From NCBI GenBank assembly GCA_963770895.1, contig CAVYRF010000002.1, positions 4,960,001 to 5,024,000 on the forward strand: a stretch of DNA of 64,000 nt. The letters run 5' to 3'. A program made the position numbers and the translations under genes. Under the pieces are notes generated by a model, which saw only the letters and a list, made by a program, of their open reading frames with translations, was not told where the DNA came from and did no database searches. Origin of the DNA: an uncultured Acidobacteriota bacterium (GTDB taxonomy: Bacteria; Acidobacteriota; Thermoanaerobaculia; Multivoradales; UBA5704). Of this stretch, positions 29,001 through 37,201 are shown piece by piece (the stretch's first letter is position 1; the number at the start of each line of letters is the position of its first letter).

Positions 29001-29351
29001 CCGCGGCAGCGACCCTTCCGGCACGGCCTTCCACATGTCGATCGGCGCCGCGATCACGCCCAGGTCCGGCGGTGCCCGCCGGCCGCCGCGGACGACCTGC
29101 ACCACCAGCTGCCGCGGATCAGCGGGCAATGCCGCGCCGGCAGCCCGCGCCAACTCCGCGGGCGCTACCTGGCGCGGCGCCCTGTCCGCGGTCCAGACCC
29201 AGGCCGAGCGCAGCCGCGCCACGTCGGCCGGGGAAACCCGCGGATCGCCGACCACCGCGCTCACCGAGCTGTCCTGGTACACCAGACGCCACTGCGGCAC
29301 CCCCGTCAGTGCCGACGCCAGCAGCCAGAGCGCAAGCCAGTTGCCCATCAC
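26097..29351 (-). CDS. Large secreted protein with tandem carboxypeptidase-regulatory-like/transthyretin-like beta-sandwich repeats
   Basis: Signal peptide; repeated LTGRVADSLGRPLAGVAV, VSGRFVD, VTGRVVS, LTGVVVGKDGKPAAGARV and T..DGRF.L.GL motifs. Confidence 0.8.
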   Translation of the reverse strand: MMGNWLALWLLASALTGVPQWRLVYQDSSVSAVVGDPRVSPADVARLRSAWVWTADRAPRQVAPAELARAAGAALPADPRQLVVQVVRGGRRAPPDLGVIAAPIDMWKAVPEGSLPRWQVPANGRLVLPVDGVHRWRLRVAGAGEGGWWMDAPPRVANVTLASVPAAGLDVAVVDERGRPVAPVGGSVLEAATAGDQRLWASLRGGDHLTAAGLPDGREVTLGVFQPGYEPAVVRGWPSALPRVVQLSHGAALTGRVADSLGRPLAGVAVEVQAWARQGVSQLMRYHATSGAGGEWTVTGVPHGQVALSMHKAGYVPLVEQLPATAGSHDVGRRTLERGGHLAVLVRDAGGPVAGARVEAGPGIAAVTDGAGAAVLDGLPQAPIALVGSAARHQPARSRLNPPFPAKAILMLPRAFTVSGRFVDGGAMPVASGQLRVDLPGCHRHEHLDDDGRFSVDLAPGASADLVLSGAQVRTLHTTVAPGAAGELRDLGDLQAPPGIDVTGRVVSAAGTSSAPAPAPVAGARVWLPRPGPGGPVMAWANGDLLETSTGDDGRFLLAGLQQGAARLRIDAAGFARAQVDVAPQDPAADGTIDLGDLTVSAGTRLHVLVRPSERTTDDDLEGATARVDLGNQWLDPDMLQADVRGGEAVVPNVPAGQATVSVIAANKLVCDKQVTVADGAGDMEVDCGKKAMAVQGLVKFGGVSGGAGTLVWKSTDAGLAPGDSQIDSLDSPAGLRQQQVYGLGRPQVDVAVDDAGTFQTRDLAPGTWSVSWSPRGGTLYGSITAVVPDTDSFSMDLLFPGFALTGVVVGKDGKPAAGARVRELTSGDLTTSGDDGSFVLGGLPPGTATLQAQQGTLSSRPLRVDLGADPATSADPATSADPANTADPASPPPSTTLAAPATLADGALDPVTLVLSDDAAPKIAIQVTTAAGAPVAGAFVFLEQQGLGQRLLTTGADGQATAGIEGAEPPAVRAAAYAGGLWALGTWTSWDAAQQGLALAIDAAGHGAIQVVSTRTGLLQLVSTDGWNLSWMLQELGAPPAAGTGAPAVRGLPAGAYAVSLGGAGPAQVVDVPADSTVEARLP
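26683..26745. repeat. In-frame 18-bp tandem repeat (ADPATS, about 3.5 copies)
   Basis: GCCGGGTCCGCCGAGGTC units. Confidence 0.75.
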
Positions 29352-29535
29352 CTTGCGATCAGAGAAAATCTAAGACGATCCGTACTTTCATGGCGTTGCT
29401 GGCGGGTGATGGCGAAGGGAGCGGTACGTTCAGCTGCCATTGACTCACTCTCCATGTCACCGGCTACGTTGCTTCCTGCTGGGAGTGCCGGGCCGTTGCC
29501 AGTGCCGGTCGCTCCCTCGGTATCGGTTTGCCCGC

Positions 29536-29820
29536 TCAATTCGAATAGTGGCAATAGACGTCATCGGTGGATGTAAACACGCAATCGCCAATCTGATAGC
29601 CGGGGTCGATCGAAATGCACTCCGTGCAGGTCGTCGTGGCGGTGCCGGCACACTGATAGGTACCGATGCCGCCGCTGTCGTCGGGAAAGTAGATTGGCGA
29701 AGAGTTGTTGTAAGTGATGCAGCCTCCGCTCGCGGCGCCGAAGCGCGCGAAGCCGAGAGCCCCAAACACCAGAAGAACTGCAACTGCCAGCAACCGCTGC
29801 GTTTTCGCCATGCTCGTCAT
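29536..29820 (-). CDS. Small secreted 6-Cys protein (94 aa)
   Basis: Duplicated CAGAAAGGA RBS; signal LLAVAVLLVFGALG; C..QC..CTEC..DC..YC. Confidence 0.75.
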   Translation of the reverse strand: MTSMAKTQRLLAVAVLLVFGALGFARFGAASGGCITYNNSSPIYFPDDSGGIGTYQCAGTATTTCTECISIDPGYQIGDCVFTSTDDVYCHYSN

Positions 29821-29868
29821 CCTTTCTGGTCCTTTCTGAAAGTTGGCGATGGATATCCCTTTACACTT

Positions 29869-31008
29869 TCAATGGATGACAGCGGTTATCACCTGGGGTT
29901 GGGCAAAGTCCGGCCGGCCCATACCGCTGTCTTCGTAGAGCAGCAGCACCAGCTTTCCGTCACGCACGTCGCCGCGCAGGTGGGACCATGTGCTCACCCC
30001 GCGCAGCGGCAGCGGCAGTGTCGCCCAGGTGCCGTCAGGGTGGAGAATCCGCAGGTCCCATCGGGTGATGTGGTTCTCCACGGTGCGGATCACCAGGCCC
30101 GCACCTTGTTGCAGAGGGAGGATGGCATCGACGGTCCGCCTCATGTCGAGCCAGGCGACGCGCTGGCGGTAATCGACCCCAAGCTTGGCCGCCTGGGCAT
30201 TGGTGAGGCTGCCGCAATCCGTGTCGATACCCAGAGCAGTGGTGTCCCAGGTGCGGATCAGTTGACCGGTTGCGTTGAAGAGCGATGCGCCAGGTTGAAC
30301 GCCGGCGACGACCAGGAGAGTTCCGTCGGCCAGAAAACGCACCGCGCCCAATCCGAAGCTGCCGCAGGCAAGCATGCTGGTGGCGCCAGGGCCGGTCGCC
30401 GAAAAGACTATTGGCCGCAGGTCGGCCAAGCCTTGATCGAGCGAGCCGATCCAGGCGATGGCCCCATCGGGCGAGAAGTTGCGTTTTTCATCGGAGCGGA
30501 GGCCGACCACGGCCACCTGCTTGCCGCGTGCGTCGATGCCATGGACGTATTCGAAGGACTGCTCGACCAGTGCCGGCTCGCGAAGGCTCCGCCAGGCCAA
30601 TTCGAAGGCAGGCGGCGCGGCGACCAGGTAATCGCTGGATGCCGCAACGTGATAGGTAAGCCAAAGGCCCCCCGGCTTGGACCTGCCGGCAATCATTTCT
30701 CTCACGGTTGGGATCTGGTCGGACCCGCGTGTGGCCGCGAGCGGCGCCTGGACCACTCCCTTGCTGCCCAGGGCGAAGTACAGCGAGTCGCTGCTCGCCC
30801 AGCGCACGTCCATTGCCGCCTTCAGCTGGGCCGGCAGCACCACCTGGCTCAACACCTGGAAGGTCGGCGCTGGCGATGTGGCACCGTTGGCGGTGCCGGC
30901 AACTCCAAGCGCCAGGGCCACCAGGAGAGACCACGCCAGAGCGTTCGTTCGAGTCCGGCGCCAGTCGATTTGGATACCCCGCGCGGGCATGCGCGGGATT
31001 GTATCCAT
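29869..31008 (-). CDS. Secreted hypothetical protein, possibly a beta-propeller
   Basis: Signal-like LAWSLLVALALGVAGTA; propeller-like strands (AMDVRWAS, AVRFLADGTLLVV, LFNATGQLIRTW). Start uncertain. Confidence 0.6.
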   Translation of the reverse strand: MDTIPRMPARGIQIDWRRTRTNALAWSLLVALALGVAGTANGATSPAPTFQVLSQVVLPAQLKAAMDVRWASSDSLYFALGSKGVVQAPLAATRGSDQIPTVREMIAGRSKPGGLWLTYHVAASSDYLVAAPPAFELAWRSLREPALVEQSFEYVHGIDARGKQVAVVGLRSDEKRNFSPDGAIAWIGSLDQGLADLRPIVFSATGPGATSMLACGSFGLGAVRFLADGTLLVVAGVQPGASLFNATGQLIRTWDTTALGIDTDCGSLTNAQAAKLGVDYRQRVAWLDMRRTVDAILPLQQGAGLVIRTVENHITRWDLRILHPDGTWATLPLPLRGVSTWSHLRGDVRDGKLVLLLYEDSGMGRPDFAQPQVITAVIH

Positions 31009-31211
31009 GTTTTCGCAATGCCGCAATGGTGACGATGATGCGCAAAGAGGCAATTCCTTGGACGTGGAGGGGGTGGCGAAGCCACCGACCCGACGGTGCC
31101 TCCAGCCCAGCCACGGCTGCCCAGGAGGCTAGCCCGGGGGGACTCGGCGGGGTGGTGGATGGCTGCAACGGTCGGGCGGGGTGGTATGATGGCTGAGCGG
31201 ATGTGGTTGCA

Positions 31212-32336
31212 ATGAGATGGCGCTGTAGGGAATCCAATTCACAACCAGGCTGCTTGCAGCGTGCACCGTCGCTCGGATGGTGGGCTGTGGCGTTGGCGAT
31301 GGTGGTGGCGCTGGGGGGTGCGGGCGCGGCGGGGGCGACGATCCCCTACGGCTGGCAGCAGGTGAGCCTGCCGTCGACGGGCTCTTACTTTCTGGTCTAT
31401 GTGCCGGCGAGCTGGAACCAGGCGGCGCCGGCTCCGTTGATCATCTTTTTGCATGGTGCGGGGGGGACGCCTGAGGACTATCAGGCGTATCTGTTCCCGG
31501 CGGCGGAGGCGGCCGGGGCGGTGGTGGCGGCGCCGCGGTCGGCTTCCGACCTGGGCTGGGGCGTTGGCAACGATCCCCTGACGGTGGCGGCGACGGAGGC
31601 GGCGGTGCAGGCGATGATGCCGATCGATCCGCTGCGGGTGAGCATCTCCGGGCATTCGGCGGGGGGCGCCTATGCGTACCTGCTGGCGTACGGCGCGGTG
31701 AGCCATTACAGCGCGGTGTTTTCGATGTCGGCGCCGTTTTACTCGGTCGCGTCGGTTGCCGACCCGCTGTACAAGGCGCCGATCCGCATGTATTACGGCA
31801 CGACGGACCCCAACTACACGCAGGGGGATTACGAGCAGCTGGAGGCGCAGTGGACGTCGCTGGGGATCTCGTACCAGACCGACATCGAAAATGGCTTCGG
31901 CCACGACTACTGGCCGCCCAGCACGCTGAGCAATGGGTTTCTGTTCCTGGTTGCCAACAGCTACGGGGTGACGTGCTTGCCCGACGCGCAGCACCTGTGC
32001 CTGCAGCAGGGGCGCTACCGGGTGGGGGTCAGCTTTCAGGACGGCAGTGGCACCACCAGCCAGGGCAACGTCGTCAGCTCGCTGGCCTCGGCGGACTCGG
32101 GGGTGTTCTGGTTTTTCGGCCCCGACGACTGGGAGCTGCTGGTCAAGGTGCTGGATGGGTGCGCCGTCAACCAGCAGGTCTGGGTCTTCACCGCCGCGAC
32201 GACCAACCTGGCGTACACGCTGACCGTCACCGATACGGTGACCGGCACCGTCAAGACCTACCCCAATGCCGCCGGCCCACCCGCCCCGGCGGTGACCGAC
32301 GTGGGCGCCTTCGCCGGCTGTGCTTCGCCGCCCTGA
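31212..32336 (+). CDS. Secreted alpha/beta-hydrolase (esterase/PHB-depolymerase-like) with a Cys-containing C-terminal accessory domain
   Basis: IIFLHGAGG, ISGHSAGG (GxSxG), GTTD, GHD; C-terminal CLPDAQHLCLQQGRYRV...SGVFWFF...LVKVLDGC..N..WVF..ATTN. Confidence 0.85.
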   Translation: MRWRCRESNSQPGCLQRAPSLGWWAVALAMVVALGGAGAAGATIPYGWQQVSLPSTGSYFLVYVPASWNQAAPAPLIIFLHGAGGTPEDYQAYLFPAAEAAGAVVAAPRSASDLGWGVGNDPLTVAATEAAVQAMMPIDPLRVSISGHSAGGAYAYLLAYGAVSHYSAVFSMSAPFYSVASVADPLYKAPIRMYYGTTDPNYTQGDYEQLEAQWTSLGISYQTDIENGFGHDYWPPSTLSNGFLFLVANSYGVTCLPDAQHLCLQQGRYRVGVSFQDGSGTTSQGNVVSSLASADSGVFWFFGPDDWELLVKVLDGCAVNQQVWVFTAATTNLAYTLTVTDTVTGTVKTYPNAAGPPAPAVTDVGAFAGCASPP

Positions 32337-32432
32337 CCGTAGGGCAACGCTGATGGCGACCAGGCTGTGCTCGGCACGTGCCCCCGCAGTAGTCAAGGGC
32401 CGGCCTGAGCATGCTCGGGAGGGTGGGGGCGG

Positions 32433-33044
32433 CTACGCCTTGGGTGCCGCGGCGGCGGCGAGGCGGCCGTCCAGGTCGAGCGCGGGGGCTACGGCTTGCA
32501 TCGCCTGCAGGACGTTGCCGACGTGCTGCCATAGGTCGAGCGTGCCGCCGAAGCAGGCGGTGCTGAAGTCGGCGGTTGCCTGGGCGACGTGCTCGCGGTC
32601 GACGCCGGCGGCAAAGGCGCGCTCCTTCCAGCGCTTCTGGATCGATTTGACCTCCACCTCGCGTACGTCCTTGCTGGGACGCACCAGGGCGGCGGCGATC
32701 ACCAGGCCGGTGACTTCGTCGCAGGCCAGGAGGGCGAAATCGATCGGCTGCTGGCGCTCGACGCCGGTGCCGGGGGTGTTGTGGGAGAGGATCGCCTGCA
32801 CCACGGTGTCGCTGGCGCCGCGCTCCCGCAGCAGCGCCACGCCCGCGGCCGGGTGCGCGTCCAGGGTGGGGTGGATCTCCCAGTCGTAGTCGTGGAGCAG
32901 CCCCGCCAGGCCCCACTGGTCGACGTCGCCGCCCAGCCGCGCCGCATAGTGGCGCATCGCCGCCTCGACGGCCAGCATGTGCCGGCGCAGTCCTTGTGCC
33001 TGCACGTTTTCGACCACCAGGTCCCACGCTTGTTGCCGGTCCAT
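32433..33044 (-). CDS. HD-domain (HDIG-like) phosphohydrolase
   Basis: RHMLAVEAAM, GLLHDYD, ILSHN, ACDEVTG. Confidence 0.88.
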   Translation of the reverse strand: MDRQQAWDLVVENVQAQGLRRHMLAVEAAMRHYAARLGGDVDQWGLAGLLHDYDWEIHPTLDAHPAAGVALLRERGASDTVVQAILSHNTPGTGVERQQPIDFALLACDEVTGLVIAAALVRPSKDVREVEVKSIQKRWKERAFAAGVDREHVAQATADFSTACFGGTLDLWQHVGNVLQAMQAVAPALDLDGRLAAAAAPKA

Positions 33045-33141
33045 CGCCGCCTCCCGCGCCTGCCGCGCCCGCCGCCGGGCGCCACCCCCGGAGCAGCCAT
33101 AGAATATGCCGCGCCGGGTCACCGGCCAAGGCGCCAGGCCA

Positions 33142-33959
33142 ATGCGAAAACCGCGCACCGCAGCTGCCGACTCCGACGGCGCGCCTCGGCGGCGGGGCAT
33201 GGGCGAGGTTTCTTTGGAGCGGGCGCTGTCCAAGCTGGGCCTGGCGACGCGGACGCAGGCGCGGGCGCTGGTGGGCGAACGGCGGGTGACGGTGGACGGG
33301 CGGGTCGTGACCGATCCGCTGGCGCCGGTCGTCCCCGAGCGCGCCGGCATCGCGATCGACGGCGTGCCGGCGCGGCGGCCAGAGGCATTGACGGTGCTGC
33401 TCAACAAGCCGCGCGGCGTGCTGACCACCCGCTCGGATCCCCGCGGCCGGCCGACCGTCTACGGCTGCCTGGCCGGCTGCGACGCCCACCTGGTGCCGGT
33501 CGGCCGCCTGGACGCGGCCACCACCGGGCTGCTGTTGCTGACCAACGACACCCGCCTGGCCGCCTGGCTGACCGACCCCGCCCAGGCCGTGCCGCGGATC
33601 TACCTGGTCACCGTGCGCGGCGAGCTGACCGCAGACCGGGCGCTGGCCGCCACCGCCGGCGTCGCAGACGCGGGCGAGCTGCTCGCGGCGCGCTCCGTCA
33701 CCGTGCGCAAGGTGTCACGCCGCGAAACCCACCTGACCGTCGAGCTGACCGAAGGCAAGAACCGCGAGATCCGCCGCCTGTTCGACGCCCTGGGCCACGA
33801 GGTCACCTCCTTGAAGCGCGTCGCCTTCGGCGGCCTCTCCCTGGGACGCCTCGCACCGGGCGCCTGGCGCGTGGTCCCCGTCGCCGAGCTTGCAATCGCC
33901 TTCCCCGGTGCGCCCCTGCCCCGGGGAGGCGCACCGGGAAGGCTTGGCAACCGGCTTAG
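33142..33959 (+). CDS. RsuA/RluB-family pseudouridine synthase; 3' end appears frameshifted (as written the frame runs on to 34434)
   Basis: S4 domain, LLNKPRG, PVGRLDAATTGLLLLTND, EGKNREIRR, LKRVAFG; one extra G near 33937 would end it at the TAG at 33957-33959. Confidence 0.85.
33898..33943. terminator. GC-rich hairpin between the convergent pseudouridine synthase and P2 genes
   Basis: GCCTTCCCCGGTGCGCC ... GGCGCACCGGGAAGGC with a one-base asymmetry; no U-tract. Confidence 0.5.
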
Positions 33960-34026
33960 CAACCTCTGTGTGGCCGGCGCTTGCCCCGCCGCCGCGGTAC
34001 CCCGCGCAGGGGAAGACGCCAGCGGA

Positions 34027-34182
34027 TCACTGGCTGCAGGTGTTGACCGGGCAGAAGGTGAAACCATGCGTCGGGAGGCAGGGCACCGTGCTCCCGCCTC
34101 CGGCCGCCTCGCGGAGTGTGTCGGGCGAGGCGAGCTGGCGCAGGGTCTCGCGGTAGAGCTGGAGCTTGCGGCTCTTCTTCAT
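34027..34182 (-). CDS. RiPP (lanthipeptide-like) precursor peptide P2, 51 aa
   Basis: Manual translation, below the ORF-track cutoff. RBS AAGGAG; MKKSRKLQLYRETLRQLASPDTLREAAGG|GSTVPCLPTHGFTFCPVNTCSQ; high GC3. Confidence 0.82.
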   Translation of the reverse strand: MKKSRKLQLYRETLRQLASPDTLREAAGGGSTVPCLPTHGFTFCPVNTCSQ

Positions 34183-34381
34183 GATCTGTTCTCCTTGTCG
34201 GTTGACGATCCGCTGGTGCCGGCGTGTCCGGCCGGGCCTTTCAAAAAGGGGAGTGCCTCGGCTTTACCTGTTCGTGACCTGGCCCCTGCTGCTTCACCGT
34301 CGAGACCGCGCGCGCGATGCCCCACTACCCAGCGGGCGGCGGCTTCCGGCGGGGGGTGGTTCGGCGGTAGAGTCGGCAGCC

Positions 34382-34924
34382 GTGCGCAAAATCTCGCTTG
34401 TCACCACCGGCGGCACCATCGAAAAGGTCTATGACGAGCAGACCGGCGGCCTTGCCAACCGGCATAGCCTGGTCCACCGGATGCTGTCCGAGCTGCGGCT
34501 GGAGGACACCGAGGTGAGCGTCTTCGAGCTGATGAGCAAGGACAGCCTGGACATGACGGATGCCGACCGCCAGCGGATCGTCGAGGCGGTGCGGGCCATC
34601 GGCCCGGTCGGGGACGGGGAGGCGAGCGGCATCGTCATCCTGCACGGCACCGATACGCTGGCGCACACCGGCGAACGGCTGTGGGCGGAGATCCCGCAGC
34701 CGCGGGTGCCGATCGTGCTCACCGGCGCCATGCGGCCGTTCGAGATGAAGCGCTCCGATGCGCTGCAAAACCTCACCGAAGCGCTCTTCGCCACCGGCGT
34801 CCTGCCTCCCGGCGTGTATTGCGTAGCCCACGGCCGTGCCCTGGCCTTTCCCGGCGTCCGCAAGGACCCGGCGCGGGGCACCTTCGTCAAGGCTCCGCCT
34901 GCCACCAGCTCCGGCCCTCTTTAG
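34382..34924 (+). CDS. Short-chain asparaginase-domain protein
   Basis: TTGGTIEK, SKDSLDM, ILHGTDT, VLTGAMRP. Confidence 0.88.
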   Translation: MRKISLVTTGGTIEKVYDEQTGGLANRHSLVHRMLSELRLEDTEVSVFELMSKDSLDMTDADRQRIVEAVRAIGPVGDGEASGIVILHGTDTLAHTGERLWAEIPQPRVPIVLTGAMRPFEMKRSDALQNLTEALFATGVLPPGVYCVAHGRALAFPGVRKDPARGTFVKAPPATSSGPL

Positions 34925-34985
34925 ACAGCGCCCAGAGCGCTGGGCTACCCCGCCTCTGCTTCGCCGCCAAGAGGGTGGGCCAGGG

Positions 34986-35486
34986 TCACATCGCTTCGTC
35001 GGCCGAGGGGCCGAACAGGGCGGGCAGCGGCACGTCGTTGAGCCGTAGATAGACGGTGAGCTGGCCGCGGTGGTGGATGCCGTGGCTGAAGAAGAGCCGC
35101 CGCAGCGCGGCGCCGCGGGTCATCGCGAACATCACCTGGCCGTGGCGCCGCAGCGTCCAGGGGGCGGCCAGGTCGGCTGCGGTCGCCGCTTCGATCAACG
35201 GCCGCACGATGCGGTCGTTCTCCTCGAGCAGAGCCACGATTTCGGCGCGCGAGCCGAGGATGCGCGGCTTGCGCGGGGTGCCGTCGGGCATGACGTCGAA
35301 GTCGTCGTTGCCCAGGACGTCGGCGGCGCGGTGGTGCAGGTCGGCCAGGTGGGTGGCCAGGCGCCCCAGGGTCATCGACTTGACGTGCGGCTGCCAGTCC
35401 AGGCGGTCGTCGGGCAGGCGCTCCAGGATCTTGCGCGTCCTGCCGGTCTCTTCGTCGTATTCCGCCACCAGCTCTGCAAGGCTCAT
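34986..35486 (-). CDS. DinB family protein
   Basis: WQPHVKSMTLGRLATH; HGIHHRGQLTVYLRLNDVPLP..FGPSAD. Confidence 0.9.
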   Translation of the reverse strand: MSLAELVAEYDEETGRTRKILERLPDDRLDWQPHVKSMTLGRLATHLADLHHRAADVLGNDDFDVMPDGTPRKPRILGSRAEIVALLEENDRIVRPLIEAATAADLAAPWTLRRHGQVMFAMTRGAALRRLFFSHGIHHRGQLTVYLRLNDVPLPALFGPSADEAM

Positions 35487-35571
35487 GAGCGTGTCTCCAG
35501 TCGGGTGGTGCGGCGCGGCTTGCTCGCCGGCCGCCCAGGCGCCGATGGTAGACCATCCATCGTCCTCGTCC

Positions 35572-36288
35572 TCATCCCTCCCCCTCGCCGCCCTCGCCGC
35601 TACTATCGCCACCTTCGCCACCTTCGCCACCTTCGCCACCATGGCGATCGTCGCGACGATCGCCGAAGGGCAGCAGCAGCGCCGTGCCGGCGCCGCCGTC
35701 GTAGATCAGCCGCGGGTGGGGCAGGGAGCCGGTGACGCGGGCGTTGGCGTCCAGCTGGTGCGGGTCGGCGCGGCCGGGCGCCAGGATGTGGAGGACCGCG
35801 ACGCCGCGCGCCGTGGCGGCGTCGGCGATCAGCCGGCGGTGGCAGCGCCAGGGAACGGCCTCGGCGCACAGGACCACGGTGCGCTGCCGCGCGCTGGACG
35901 CGAGCAGGCGGTCGAGCGCGGCCTGGAAGGGCGCCGACTCCATGTGGTCGGCATAGGCGCGGAAGGCCTCCACCCGCCAGGCGGTGTGCGGCGAGCCGGC
36001 GACCGGGGCGCGGCGCCCGCCCAGGTCGGGCTCGTGGCGGTAGACGATGCCGGCGGCGGCCAGGCTGGCGGCCAGCGCGCCCTGCGCGAACTGCGGGTGG
36101 CGGCGGGAGGCCGGGAAGCGGCGCACGTCCACCAGGAGCTGGATGCGGTGCTCGGCCAGCAGGGCCAGCAGCTCCTCGCCGGCGCGGGTGGAATGCCCGA
36201 CGGTGAACAGGGGCGGCGGCGGGTTGCCGGCGCGGCTGCTGTCGTCGGCGCCGCCGGCGTCGGGCGGGCCGATTGCAGGGGAGCGCAT
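35572..36288 (-). CDS. DUF488 domain protein with an acidic Gly-rich tail
   Basis: LFTVGHSTR, LVDVRRFPASRRHPQF, LGGRR, LCAEAVPWRCHRRLIAD. Confidence 0.88.
   Translation of the reverse strand: MRSPAIGPPDAGGADDSSRAGNPPPPLFTVGHSTRAGEELLALLAEHRIQLLVDVRRFPASRRHPQFAQGALAASLAAAGIVYRHEPDLGGRRAPVAGSPHTAWRVEAFRAYADHMESAPFQAALDRLLASSARQRTVVLCAEAVPWRCHRRLIADAATARGVAVLHILAPGRADPHQLDANARVTGSLPHPRLIYDGGAGTALLLPFGDRRDDRHGGEGGEGGEGGDSSGEGGEGEG
35606..35640. repeat. 9-bp tandem repeat (about 4 copies) encoding GGE
   Basis: TCGCCACCT units. Confidence 0.75.
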
Positions 36289-36330
36289 CGGGCTACTATA
36301 GATGCGCCCTGCCAGCGGCCGGGCGCGGGG

Positions 36331-37083
36331 GTGCGATTGCTGATCCGAGTTGTCACTTACAACATCCATCGCGCCATCGGCGTGGATCGCCGCTTTCGGC
36401 CGGAGCGCGTGGTCCGCATCCTGCACCACCACGCGCCGGACATCCTGCTGCTGCAAGAGGTGGACGACGGCGCCCCGCGCTCGCGCGAGCTCGACATGGC
36501 GCGCGAGCTGGCCGCCGAGCTGGGCTTCCCGCATTTTGCTTTCGGCCACAACGTCAGCCTGCGCAAGGGGCGCTACGGCAATGCGACCCTGAGCCGCTTC
36601 CCGATCTTGCGCGAGCGCAACATCGACCTGTCGGTCAGCGGCAGCTGGATCCGCCGCGGGTGCCAGCACACGAGCATCGCGCCGCCCACGGCCGGTGGCG
36701 CGCCGATCGAGGTGTTCAACCTCCACCTCGGGCTGTCGGCGCGCGAGCGCGAGCGCCAGGTGCAGCTGCTGGCCCGTTCCTCCGAGTTCGCCGCCCTGGT
36801 CCCCGACGCGCCGTGCCTGATCGCCGGCGACTTCAACGACTGGCGGTCGCTGCTGCGCCCGGCGATGACCATCGGCCTCGGCCTGCGCTGCGCCACCGAC
36901 AGCCGTTCGGCCAAGCAGCGCCCGCTGCTCACCTTCCCGTCCTTTTCGCCACGCGGCGGGCTGGACCGCATCTACTACCGGGGTCCGCTCCGCCTGCTCG
37001 GCGTGCGGCGCTGCCGCCTGCGCCTGTCGCGGGTGGCGAGCGACCACCTGCCGGTCATCGCCGAGTTCCAATACGTAGGCTAA
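36331..37083 (+). CDS. Endonuclease/exonuclease/phosphatase family protein
   Basis: VVTYNIH, LLQEVD, YGNATLSR, AGDFND, LDRIY, ASDHLP. Confidence 0.9.
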   Translation: MRLLIRVVTYNIHRAIGVDRRFRPERVVRILHHHAPDILLLQEVDDGAPRSRELDMARELAAELGFPHFAFGHNVSLRKGRYGNATLSRFPILRERNIDLSVSGSWIRRGCQHTSIAPPTAGGAPIEVFNLHLGLSARERERQVQLLARSSEFAALVPDAPCLIAGDFNDWRSLLRPAMTIGLGLRCATDSRSAKQRPLLTFPSFSPRGGLDRIYYRGPLRLLGVRRCRLRLSRVASDHLPVIAEFQYVG

Positions 37084-37201
37084 TCGCATCCCCGACGGGG
37101 TATGCTGAATGCCCGCCCGCGCCGGGCGCCGCATGCCGCGGGGCGCCGGGCGCCCGCGCCGACGTGCGGCATGAGCAGCGATAGCGAATTGCGATAACCC
37201 G

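Noticed and set aside
33960-34434. C-terminal extension of the pseudouridine synthase as a real domain
   Set aside because: Overlaps antisense P2 and the asparaginase start; better explained by a one-base frameshift.
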